The translations under genes were made by a program, and so were the position numbers. The notes below the pieces were generated by a model. It was given only the letters and a program-made list of their open reading frames with translations, was not told the origin of the DNA and did no database searches. Shown piece by piece: positions 1-8,606 of a DNA stretch of 39,629 nucleotides. Source of the DNA: Chthonomonadaceae bacterium (GTDB lineage: Bacteria > Armatimonadota > Chthonomonadetes > Chthonomonadales > Chthonomonadaceae); NCBI GenBank assembly GCA_035295045.1, contig DATGJU010000429.1:1-39629 (forward strand), written 5' to 3'. The stretch's first letter is position 1. Every line of letters starts with the position of its first letter.

Positions 1-979
1 CCACCGCTTCGCCGTAGATGTGACGGTGCAGCTTGCCGCCGCCCTCGCCGGACGAGCCGATCAGCCCGACGGCGATCCGCGGCTCGAACGCCTCCGTCAC
101 GATCGCCGCCTTGCCGTAGCGCGACAGCCCCTCGATGCCAACCTTCTTGGGATCGACCATCGAGCCGTGGTCCGTCTCGAAGTAGTCGATCAGCCGGCTC
201 ACGCCCCACTGCCACGCCCGGAGCGCGCCCCAGTCGTCCGGCTTCCTGGGCTCGCCCCGGTTCGTCAGTCCGATGATGCCGGTCCGCAGCTGGTTGTTGT
301 CGGGCTGGATGCTCGCGGGGATGATCTCGCCATATCCCCAGCCCCTGGAGATTGCGAGCGACTTCCACGCGGGCACGAACGGCGTTCTGCCCGCCCCCGG
401 CCTGCCGAACGCGAATCCGAAGCCAAATTCGATCATGATCGGCACGGGCCGCTTCGCCTGCGCGGGGACCGTGTAGTTCGCGCGGATGTTGACCGTGATC
501 TGCGGGTAGGCGCTGTTGTCGACATGCCCGACCAGCGTCTTCGTGACCGTCGGGATGCCGTTCGCATCCCCCTGGGTCGTCCCCGTCACCTCCCACTTCA
601 CTTTCGGCACGTTGGCCGGAATGCGGCCGTAGACCTCGCGCTCGAAATCCTCCACGATTTCTGCCCGGCGCTTCGGCCACTGCCGGGCCTTCGTCACCTT
701 CGTGCCGTCCTTCATCTTCAGAACGTCCGGCATGCTGTCTTTGTACGGGTTCGCCGTCGCCTCGTCAAAAGTGGACTGGTCGTTCGGATTCGGCCCGCGC
801 CGGATCGCCTTAACGCCGAGCTGCTCCATCATGTTCTGATGGTCGTCATACCCCGCCTGCGCCGCACAGGGACAAACGGCGCCCGCCAGCAGCGCCACCG
901 CCGCCAGGACCGCGCCTGTCGGGCCGCCATGCGCCGCGGCGCCATATTGAATCGATCGTCGTCGCCTCACCTGAACCAT
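1..979 (-). CDS. Secreted alpha/beta hydrolase, glucuronoyl-esterase (CE15)-like; C-terminal end runs off the window
   Basis: Absent from the ORF track because it has no stop inside the window. My reverse-strand translation from ATG 979-977 gives MVQVRRRRSIQYGAAAHGGPTGAVLAAVALLAGAVCPCAAQAGYDD... (signal-peptide-like) ...KKVGIEGLSRYGKAAIVTEAFEPRIAVGLIGSSGEGGGKLHRHIYGEAV. The G-x-S-R-x-G-K nucleophile context and overall layout resemble CE15 esterases. The overlapping + ORF 20..1225 is Arg/Pro-rich antisense noise. Confidence 0.65.
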   Translation of the reverse strand, partial: MVQVRRRRSIQYGAAAHGGPTGAVLAAVALLAGAVCPCAAQAGYDDHQNMMEQLGVKAIRRGPNPNDQSTFDEATANPYKDSMPDVLKMKDGTKVTKARQWPKRRAEIVEDFEREVYGRIPANVPKVKWEVTGTTQGDANGIPTVTKTLVGHVDNSAYPQITVNIRANYTVPAQAKRPVPIMIEFGFGFAFGRPGAGRTPFVPAWKSLAISRGWGYGEIIPASIQPDNNQLRTGIIGLTNRGEPRKPDDWGALRAWQWGVSRLIDYFETDHGSMVDPKKVGIEGLSRYGKAAIVTEAFEPRIAVGLIGSSGEGGGKLHRHIYGEAV

Positions 980-1493
980 TCTATTCTCCTGGTCCCGCGC
1001 GATACCCATCGCACCAAATTCCTCGGCTCGCAACACCCGTATCCCCGGAGTCCGCCCACACTCCCCGGACGCTACAATATGTCCGTGAAGGCCGGGCTTG
1101 CCAACCGCGCTGGCCCGCGCCCACCGGGCAGGCCCCCGACATTGGCCGCCCCCCACGTCCCCGGCCCGGCACATGCAATGCGCGCCTCTCACGGGCCTGG
1201 CTGCGCGACACCAGCTCCCGAATGACTGGCTTGGTTGCGCTTGGCGCCCACAGACTCACCGCCGCGACAGCAGCCCAAATCGAACTGGCCGATCAACCCC
1301 TCGCGCGTTTGCAGCGCGCGACGCCTTCTCGTCCTCTCAATAGCGGGACGCTCGCCAATAAATTCAACATGACCACGTCGAGCTCGCCACAACGCTCGCT
1401 ATTTCGCACGGCGGCGGTCTCGTTCCTGCAAGAGGAGCTGCCGGCCGCCGTCACGAAAGAGACCACGGGATAGATCCTGATTTGGAGCGAGCC

Positions 1494-2264
1494 ATGCAAG
1501 ACGAAGCGGAGCTGACCGACGCGCAATGGGAGCGGTACGACCGAGACGGCTATCTCAGGCTCGGCCGGCTGCTCGATGAGGCGGAGCTGGGCGACCTGCA
1601 GCAGCGGATCGACGACATCATGCTCGGCCGCGCGGACGTCCCGTACGACAGGCTGCTGATGCAGTTGGACAGCACGGACGGAAAGTATGAGAACGCGGGG
1701 CCGCAGAGCAAGGGTTGGAAGGGCGAAACGCTCGCGTACCGCAAAATCCAGGAGCTGGAGCACGACCCACTGTTCCTGGCCTATATGGAGCGCCCGATCT
1801 TCAACGAGGTCTGCGCCCGTATCTACGGACCGGACACGCCGATCGCATCGTTCCGGGCGATGTTCATGAACAAGCCCGCGGGGCAAGGGACACTGCTTCC
1901 CTGGCACCAGGACCGGTGGAACTATCTGGACCGCGATCCGATGGTTACCATGTGGACTGCTCTCGATCCGGCGACCCGCGAGAATGGCTGCGTGCAGGTG
2001 ATTCCCGGCAGCCATAAGTTTGGCCTGATCAATCCGGACCATCCCTCCGGCTTCCTGACTGAGGAGCAGGCCGCCCGCTTCGCCCCGAGCAGCGAGATCG
2101 CCAACCTGGAGCTGCCGGCCGGCGAAGCGGTCCTGCTCCACAACTGGCTCCTGCACCGCTCCGACACGAACACGACGGCGATCCCGCGTCGCGCGTTCAG
2201 CGTTTGCTACATCGACGGGCGTACCCGCGCCTCCTGTGGCGAGACCTACTACGCGCTCTTCTGA
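1494..2264 (+). CDS. Phytanoyl-CoA dioxygenase (PhyH) family Fe(II)/2-oxoglutarate dioxygenase
   Basis: ORF 1482..2264. The ATG at 1494 lies 6 nt after GGAG (1484-1487) and is preferred over the TTG at 1482. PhyH-like motifs: LPWHQDRWNY (H-x-D), VIPGSHKFG, LLHNWLLHRSDTN (distal His), RRAFSVCY. Confidence 0.9.
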   Translation: MQDEAELTDAQWERYDRDGYLRLGRLLDEAELGDLQQRIDDIMLGRADVPYDRLLMQLDSTDGKYENAGPQSKGWKGETLAYRKIQELEHDPLFLAYMERPIFNEVCARIYGPDTPIASFRAMFMNKPAGQGTLLPWHQDRWNYLDRDPMVTMWTALDPATRENGCVQVIPGSHKFGLINPDHPSGFLTEEQAARFAPSSEIANLELPAGEAVLLHNWLLHRSDTNTTAIPRRAFSVCYIDGRTRASCGETYYALF

Positions 2265-2459
2265 GTGACGGTCACCGCGGCAGGCGCGTAGCAATACCAG
2301 CGTGAGGCCGCCCCGAACCGCATCCGCTACAAACACGGAAGGAATGTGAACGCCCGGTGTTGAAGACCGCCCTGGGCATTGAAGACCGTCCCGTGGAACA
2401 TCATGCCCGCGTCGGTTGCACCGGACAGTCCGATGCACCGGACAATAGGAGAACTCGCC

Positions 2460-3554
2460 GTGCGCGTCCGCACACATTCGCTCGCCGTCGTACTGCTCGC
2501 AGTCCTTGCCGGGGCAAACCTCGGCCCTGCGCTCGCGCAGAAAAAACCCAAGACTCAGCCGCCCACAAAGGGGCAAGCGCAGCTCAACGGCCTGAACGCC
2601 CAGTTCGGGACGATCTACACACTGCAGTCCAAGCTCAACTTCGAGATCTTGAATGCGCGCTACACGCTGGACCCCTTCCCCTCCTACGGCCACGTCTCGG
2701 CCCAGCAGGACCAGAAAATTCTGGTCGTCGGTATTGCGATCAAGAATGCGGCGGACACCGACAACTTCCTTAATGAAGAGGGCTTCATGACGGCCGTGGA
2801 CGAGAAGGGCCAGCTCTATAACTTTGGGTCCGGCGCGCTCGCGCTTGCGAGCATGGGCAGAAAGGCCCCGAATACATCTCTGAAACCGGGCCAGGGGCTG
2901 GGCCAGCCAGCGCTCAAGGACCCGCTCGAAATGGGCGTCGCAATTCCTATAAAGGCGCGCATCGTCAAGCTGATACTCAATACCGGCCGCCTCGGATCGT
3001 CCGACAAGGTCATGCGCTACTATATCGCAGGGGCGACTAAGGAGGAGGCTGGCGAGGCGGGCAACCCGGCGAACGTCATCGCGCCGCTGCCGCCCAACGT
3101 ACGCGACCCCGCGGACAAGTCCGGCGCTGTCGGGCTCGCGGAAGGCATCGGTAAGATCGGCGAATACGGGCCGTCCCGCGACTACGGCCTTCGCCTGGAA
3201 AGCGTGGCCGTCTCGACGGACAAGTTCAAGGGCGAAGACGCTCCCGCCGGCAAGAAGTACGTCGTCGCCACCGTGACGGTCAAAATGCTCGTGGACGACA
3301 CTGGCGACATGTTCAGCGTGGAGGGCGCGAACGATTCGCAGTACGGCATCACGGACGCCGATGGCGAGCGCTACCGGCCGGAGGGATTCCTCAAGGCGAG
3401 CTCCGACGAGGAGCCCGACCACAAATTCCAGCTCGGCGATGAGTACAAGTTCCGCATCTTCTTCATCGTCCCGCAAAACGCATCGCTGAAGAAGCTGGTC
3501 ATGGCCACCGCCAGCGGCCCGAAGTGGGCCTACGACGTTTCAAACGTGAAGTGA
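2460..3554 (+). CDS. Secreted protein with two DUF4352-like Ig-fold domains
   Basis: ORF 2379..3554. The in-frame GTG at 2460 follows AGGAGAA (2448-2454) and gives a classical signal peptide, (M)RVRTHSLAVVLLAVLAGANLGPALAQ. Two segments (KILVVGIAIKNAADTDNF...KARIVKLIL and KKYVVATVTVKMLVDD...KFRIFFIVPQNASLKKLVM) look like DUF4352 beta-sandwiches. The start could instead be ATG 2433 or 2403. Confidence 0.8.
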   Translation: MRVRTHSLAVVLLAVLAGANLGPALAQKKPKTQPPTKGQAQLNGLNAQFGTIYTLQSKLNFEILNARYTLDPFPSYGHVSAQQDQKILVVGIAIKNAADTDNFLNEEGFMTAVDEKGQLYNFGSGALALASMGRKAPNTSLKPGQGLGQPALKDPLEMGVAIPIKARIVKLILNTGRLGSSDKVMRYYIAGATKEEAGEAGNPANVIAPLPPNVRDPADKSGAVGLAEGIGKIGEYGPSRDYGLRLESVAVSTDKFKGEDAPAGKKYVVATVTVKMLVDDTGDMFSVEGANDSQYGITDADGERYRPEGFLKASSDEEPDHKFQLGDEYKFRIFFIVPQNASLKKLVMATASGPKWAYDVSNVK

Positions 3555-3742
3555 GGGCGCGAGGACCGGACGCCGTATGTCGGTAGAGTGGGCGGCTCGC
3601 AGCCAGGGAGCGCTCCGAGCCGGGACGCGTCGCCAAACGATAGGCGGTGCGGCGGCGGACGGACGCCATTCACCGACCGCGCCAGCCGGGAGCCGCCGTC
3701 GGTGCGGATGATTGTATCGTGCTGACCGTGGGGCCCGGATTG

Positions 3743-4131
3743 GAGCAGTTGCTCGTATCCCGCCTGCTCGAACTGGCGGTCAGCCGTCAACGCTTCGCGT
3801 ATATTGCGGCGGCCCATCAACACAAAGCTGATCGCATCGCAAAGGGGCCATGACTTGTCTGGGCGCGACCGAAGCAGTTCGACGCCAGCGTCGTGAAGGT
3901 CCGGGACGATCCACGTGAACTGCACTAGCGGATCTCTGGCGAGATCACGGCAGAAATCCAAGATGGCGCCCCGCGGTAGGTTTCATACGTGTGCGAGCGC
4001 AACCATCTACGCGATTACGTAGTCGTGCGCACAACGTAGTTGCCCTGCGCCGAATAGGGTGGCCGCCTCGATTTGCCTGGTATCCCGACGGTCAAGCAGA
4101 CACAAGAGCCCGGAGGTACTGAGTAGCAATG
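3743..4131 (-). pseudogene. Decayed PIN-domain toxin (VapC-like) with two in-frame stops
   Basis: One reverse frame reads ATA-ALLLSTSGLLCLLDRRDTRQIEAATLFGAGQLRCAHDYVIA, TAG (4009-4007), MVALAHV, TGA (3985-3983), NLPRGAILDFCRDLARDPLVQFTWIVPDLHDAGVELLRSRPDKSWPLCDAISFVLMGRRNIREALTADRQFEQAGYEQLL. It is colinear with PIN toxins. Defects: ATA at the expected start, Ser where the first acidic PIN residue is expected (LLSTS versus the usual LLDTS), and a read-on tail to 3530 that overlaps the 3' end of the neighbouring gene. Confidence 0.6.
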
Positions 4132-4404
4132 CTATTCCTCTCCGTGGCCGAAGTATGATGCGACGAGGTCTCGGACGATCTCGGAGTTTTCGCCGGAGTG
4201 TTCCGAGCCGGAGTCGATGCACCCGGCGTACCGCGTCAGATTCGCGACGCCGCCGCTTGCAGGCATGGGCGCCGGACGGTATGGCCGCAATACTTGCGCC
4301 TCAATTCCGCGCTAGACGAGCTCCTCCACCGGACTGCCGATCTCTTCGGAGACGCGGCGCAATTGCACGCTCAGTTTCTCAGAAAGTTCCACTGTGATGG
4401 TCAT
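4132..4404 (-). pseudogene. Decayed type II antitoxin (ribbon-helix-helix-like) with an in-frame TAG
   Basis: ATG 4404-4402 is preceded by GAGGAA. It reads MTITVELSEKLSVQLRRVSEEIGSPVEELV, TAG (4314-4312), RGIEAQVLRPYRPAPMPASGGVANLTRYAGCIDSGSEHSGENSEIVRDLVASYFGHGEE, stop 4134-4132. It sits immediately upstream of and abutting the PIN remnant, the typical antitoxin-toxin order. Confidence 0.55.
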
Positions 4405-4739
4405 CGTATTTTCCTCGCGGCCATTATACCGTGCAAAATGACCGTTGGACGTACGAGCGGCCACTTGTGCGCCAGCCGCGAGCGATATCCGATCGTAGGA
4501 CAATCGCTGCCGCGAGACGAACGGTGATTAGTAGTCCGCTCTTGCGGGTCGCGCCTGGCGACTGAAGTCACGGCTGACAAAACAGTAGTCGCCCTACGGC
4601 GACAGGTCCGCAGGCTTTCTCCGTTGTATTGATCGCGTGATGCCGGCGCTGGTGTCGGCGCAGGCGGACGATCGTTTTGACAGGCGCGAATTCATTCGCC
4701 GGCCGGCCGGCACGGGTATAGCTCAACGAAACACAACCA

Positions 4740-6812
4740 ATGAACACGCACACCCTCTTCATTGCCGCACTGCTCTTCGCCCTCACAATCACAGCCGCCT
4801 CACCGCAGGCCAGGCCCGCTCCGCGGCCGAACATCCTCTTTATCCTCACCGACGATCTGGGCTACGGCGATGTCGGCGTCTTCTGGCAAAACAGCCGCAG
4901 GGCCGCCGGCAAGCGCTCTGAGCCGTGGCACAGCACCCCCAATCTGGACCGGATGGCCGCGGAGGGAATGCGGCTCACGGACCACTACTGCCCGGCATCT
5001 GTCTGCGCGCCCTCCCGCGCTTCGCTGCTCACCGGCGTCCACCAGGGCCACGCGAACGTGCGCGACAACCAGTTCGACAAGGCGCTGGAGGACAACCACA
5101 CGCTCGCGACGGTGCTCAAGGGCGCCGGCTACGCGACCGCCGCAATCGGCAAGTACGGCCTGCAGGGCGAGACCGCCCACGAACCGGACTGGCCGGCGCA
5201 CCCGCTCAAACGTGGCTTCGACAGTTACTACGGCTACATGCGCCACTCGGACGGCCACGAGCACTACCCGAAAGAGGGCCTCTACCGCGGTGCCAAGCAG
5301 GTGTGGGACAACCGCACGGAGGTCTCCGCCGGTCTGGACAAGTGCTACACGGCCGACCTCTGGACCGCGCGCGCCAAGAAATGGATCGTGGACCACCGGG
5401 CCGCGCACCCGGCCCAGCCCTTCTTCATGTACCTGGCCTACGACACGCCGCACGCCGTTCTGGAGCTGCCGACAGGCCCCTACCCGGCGGGCGGCGGGCT
5501 GCACGGCGGCCTGCAGTGGCTCGGCCGGCCGGGCGAAATGATCAACACGGCGCACGGTGCGATCGACTCCTACTACCATACCGACTACGCGAACGCCACC
5601 AGGGACGACGGCCTCAATCCTGCGACGCCCGAAAAGCCGTGGCCGGACGTCTATAAGCGATATGCCACCTGCGTCCGCCGCATCGACGACGGCATCGGCG
5701 ACATCTTCCAGCTCCTGAAGGACCTTAAGATCGACGACAATACGCTTGTCGTATTCACCTCCGACAACGGGCCGAGCATCGAGTCCTACCTGAAGGAGCC
5801 CTACGCGCCCACCTTCTTCGGCAGCTACGGCCCGTTCGACGGCATTAAGCGGGACCTGTGGGAGGGCGGACTGCGCGTGCCGACGATCGTCCGGTGGCCT
5901 GGCCACGTCGCGGCCGGGAAGGTGAGCGCGCTGCCCTCGTCCAGCCCGGACTGGATGCCGACGTTCGCCGAGGCGGCCGGCGTTACACCGCCCGCGCGGA
6001 CGGACGGCGTGTCGCTCTTGCCGGCACTTACGGGCAAGGGCAGGCAGGGCCGCCCGCTAGTCTACATCGAATACTTCGAGCAGGGCCGGACTCCCAAGTT
6101 CGCTCAGTTCGAGCCGGCGCATCGTGGCCGGCTGCGGCGCCAGATGCAGGCGCTGCGGATCGGCGACCATCTGGGCGTTCGCTACGATATCCAACGCCAG
6201 TCGGACGACTTCGAAATCTACGACGTGGTGAAGGACCCGAAGGAGGCTCACGACCTGGCCGGCGATCCGAAGTACGCCGGACTTCAGCGCGAGCTGCACG
6301 AGGTCTCGCTGCAGGTGCGGCGACCGGGCGGCGGAGTCACTCGGCCCTACGACGCCGAGCTTGTGCCGAGCGTGCGTGCGAGCGACTCGGTTGGCGGTCT
6401 CAGCTACAGGCTGGTGGAGGGCAGCTTTCCCTGGGTGCCGCAGATCGATCCCACCGTCACCGGACGGACGGGCAGCGCCAGGACACTGGCTGTTCCCGCC
6501 GAGCCGAAGGGAAGGCCGTTCGCCGTCGAGTTCGCCTGCCTTGTGGAAGCGCCCGCCGATGGCGAGTACACCTTCGCACTGGCGGCCGACACCGGCGCCG
6601 AGCTGCGAATCCACGGCGCGACCGTAATCGACGCAGATTTCGGCTACCGGTCCGGCACGGAGGTGCGCGAAACGATCCGGCTCCAGCGGGGCCTGCATCC
6701 GCTTCGCCTCACGTACGTCCATCGCGGGGCGGGCGAGCCGTCGCTCACGGTGCGCTGGAGCGGCCCCGGCTTCGATCTGCAGCCGATACCGCCGTCGGCG
6801 CTCCGGAACTGA
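4740..6812 (+). CDS. Secreted formylglycine-dependent sulfatase (arylsulfatase A family) with C-terminal PA14 domain
   Basis: Signal peptide MNTHTLFIAALLFALTITAASPQA. Sulfatase signature NILFILTDDLGYGD and CAPSRASLLTG (C-x-P-x-R), plus FTSDNGP. The C-terminal ~140 aa (GEYTFALAADTGAELRIHGATVIDADF...LRLTYVHRGAGEPSLTVRWSGPGF) is PA14-like. Confidence 0.95.
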   Translation: MNTHTLFIAALLFALTITAASPQARPAPRPNILFILTDDLGYGDVGVFWQNSRRAAGKRSEPWHSTPNLDRMAAEGMRLTDHYCPASVCAPSRASLLTGVHQGHANVRDNQFDKALEDNHTLATVLKGAGYATAAIGKYGLQGETAHEPDWPAHPLKRGFDSYYGYMRHSDGHEHYPKEGLYRGAKQVWDNRTEVSAGLDKCYTADLWTARAKKWIVDHRAAHPAQPFFMYLAYDTPHAVLELPTGPYPAGGGLHGGLQWLGRPGEMINTAHGAIDSYYHTDYANATRDDGLNPATPEKPWPDVYKRYATCVRRIDDGIGDIFQLLKDLKIDDNTLVVFTSDNGPSIESYLKEPYAPTFFGSYGPFDGIKRDLWEGGLRVPTIVRWPGHVAAGKVSALPSSSPDWMPTFAEAAGVTPPARTDGVSLLPALTGKGRQGRPLVYIEYFEQGRTPKFAQFEPAHRGRLRRQMQALRIGDHLGVRYDIQRQSDDFEIYDVVKDPKEAHDLAGDPKYAGLQRELHEVSLQVRRPGGGVTRPYDAELVPSVRASDSVGGLSYRLVEGSFPWVPQIDPTVTGRTGSARTLAVPAEPKGRPFAVEFACLVEAPADGEYTFALAADTGAELRIHGATVIDADFGYRSGTEVRETIRLQRGLHPLRLTYVHRGAGEPSLTVRWSGPGFDLQPIPPSALRN

Positions 6813-6856
6813 GTGGCGGAAGAGAAGAACTTGTAGCGCAAGTGGCAGCACACTGA

Positions 6857-8368
6857 ATGGCCTCAAACCTGCTCACCGACAACCAGGTCCGCCAGTTTAT
6901 CGCGCACGGCTATCTCGTGCTGGACTGCGGCCTCCCGCCGGATGTGCACGCCAGGATCTACGATAAGCTCCAATGGATCCTCCACGAGGAGGGCAATCCC
7001 GGCAACAATATCCTGCCGGCCGTGCCGGAAATGCGGCAGGTCTTGGATAGCCCCGTCGTCCGCGGCGCGCTCACCAGCGTCCTCGGCAGAGACTACGTGC
7101 TTCACCCGCACCGGTTCGTCCACAATATCGAGCCGGCCGAGCGCGTGGACGGCGATCTGAAGGTGGGCCAGGGCTCCGCAAGCTTCGTCGGATGGCACCA
7201 GGACAGCCACAGCCCGCTCTCGCGCCCGCGCCACCACCTGCCGCGCTACGCCATGATCCTTTACTACCCGCAGGACACTCCGCCGGAGATGGGACCGACG
7301 CAGCTCATCCCCGCTAGCCAGTATAACGCATCGATCTCAGATGCGGACCGGGCTCGCGGTTTCCAGGCGCCGGGGCCGGCGGGGACATGCGTCCTCGTCC
7401 ACTTCGACATCGCGCACGGGGGCTCCATGAATCTAGGAGACCGGACGCGCCACATGGCCAAATTCGTCTTCGCGCGCGTCGAGGAGCCGGCCGCGCCCTC
7501 CTGGGACTGCCGCGGCGACGAATGGAGCGCCGGCGCCGCATCGCCAGCTGGCGCGGACCATAGCGGCGCGTGGAGCGAGGGCTGGCCGAAGGCAGTCTGG
7601 CGCTATGTCTGGCAATGGATGTGCGGTCGGGCGGAAGCTCCTCTGCGGGAGGATGACGGCCGCGCCCCGGAGGATCTCATCGCCGGGTGGGATGCCGGCT
7701 CCGATGCGCGCCTGGACGCGATCTATCGCCTGGCGGCCATGCGCGGTCGCGCGGCCGTCGCGCTCTGCGCCGATCTGGCGGGGCGCATGGAGAGCCGATG
7801 GGCGGAATCGGCCGTCGTGATGGAGAATGCAGCCTACGCGCTCGCCGCGATGGGCGCGCCTGCCGTCCCGGCGCTCGTCGAGCTGCTGGACGCGCCATCG
7901 GATTGGGTCCAGATCAACGCGCTCTTCGCCCTGGGCGAGATCGGCCGGTCGGAGGCCGCCGCCGTCCCGACGGTCATCCGGAAGCTCCGGAGTCGGTCGC
8001 ACGCGGTCGTCCGGACCGCGCTGGACGCGATCGGGCAGATGCAGGCGGCCCACGAGGCGCTGCCGGAAATCCGCCGGCTCCTGTTCGAGAGCGATCCTGT
8101 CTGGCAGGAGCCGCTCTACCGCCGCTGGACCGGCGAGAACCAGGTCCGTTTCAACGCGATCATGGCGCTACTGCGCGTTCCGGCGCCGTCGTCCGCGGTC
8201 ATCGAAACCGCGATCGCCGCGCTCGACGACCCGTGTGGCTACGTCGGCGGCATCGGAGTCGAAATCCTCCTGCGCCACCGAACGGCCACCGGCATGGACG
8301 CCGCCATCGCGTTCCTGCAGGCGCATCGCTGGGATAACTCGCTAAACCGCGGCATCCGCACGTACTGA
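6857..8368 (+). CDS. PhyH-family dioxygenase fused to C-terminal HEAT/PBS-lyase-like repeats
   Basis: N-terminal half has PhyH-like motifs: FIAHGYLVLD, FVGWHQDSH (H-x-D), PTQLIPASQ, LVHFDIAHGG. C-terminal half has repeated helical HEAT-like units (AAYALAAMGAPAVPALVELLDAPSDWVQINALFALGEIGRSEAAAVPTVIRKLRSRSHAVVRTALDAIGQM...). Confidence 0.9.
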   Translation: MASNLLTDNQVRQFIAHGYLVLDCGLPPDVHARIYDKLQWILHEEGNPGNNILPAVPEMRQVLDSPVVRGALTSVLGRDYVLHPHRFVHNIEPAERVDGDLKVGQGSASFVGWHQDSHSPLSRPRHHLPRYAMILYYPQDTPPEMGPTQLIPASQYNASISDADRARGFQAPGPAGTCVLVHFDIAHGGSMNLGDRTRHMAKFVFARVEEPAAPSWDCRGDEWSAGAASPAGADHSGAWSEGWPKAVWRYVWQWMCGRAEAPLREDDGRAPEDLIAGWDAGSDARLDAIYRLAAMRGRAAVALCADLAGRMESRWAESAVVMENAAYALAAMGAPAVPALVELLDAPSDWVQINALFALGEIGRSEAAAVPTVIRKLRSRSHAVVRTALDAIGQMQAAHEALPEIRRLLFESDPVWQEPLYRRWTGENQVRFNAIMALLRVPAPSSAVIETAIAALDDPCGYVGGIGVEILLRHRTATGMDAAIAFLQAHRWDNSLNRGIRTY

Positions 8369-8606
8369 CCCGCCGCCCCAATGTGCGCCCGTATCCTGGG
8401 GCCGCCCGCATGGCTGGCCCGGCGAGACCGGAGCGAGTGGGCCGACACTTCGCGGAGGCTCCAGGTGTGGCAGCCGCACGCAACGCCGCCCTACCAGCGC
8501 CGGCCGGCAGACATAGTCACGTAGCATAAGTCCCCAGAGTCGGGGCACGGGGCGAAACCAGAATTGGGCTCGGAATTGGCGAACGAACGCAGAGAGGACG
8601 CTCGAA

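Noticed and set aside
20-1225. 401-aa + strand ORF
   Set aside because: Its Arg/Pro/Leu/Asp-rich composition is typical of antisense reading in GC-rich DNA. The opposite strand encodes a convincing signal-peptide esterase with a GLSRYGK motif.
1293-3476. 727-aa - strand ORF spanning two + strand genes
   Set aside because: It is Arg/Ala/Val/Gly-rich with no motifs. It overlaps the PhyH gene and the secreted DUF4352-like gene, which have clear signatures and RBSs.
3983-4314. Programmed stop-codon readthrough or recoding (Sec/Pyl) in the VapBC pair
   Set aside because: Two different stop codons are involved (TAG twice, TGA once). The toxin also has a lost start, a mutated catalytic residue and a lost stop, which points to decay rather than recoding.
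4800-5906. 368-aa - strand ORF and several + off-frame ORFs inside the sulfatase gene
   Set aside because: These are off-frame or antisense artefacts. The sulfatase frame carries the C-x-P-x-R signature and a signal peptide.
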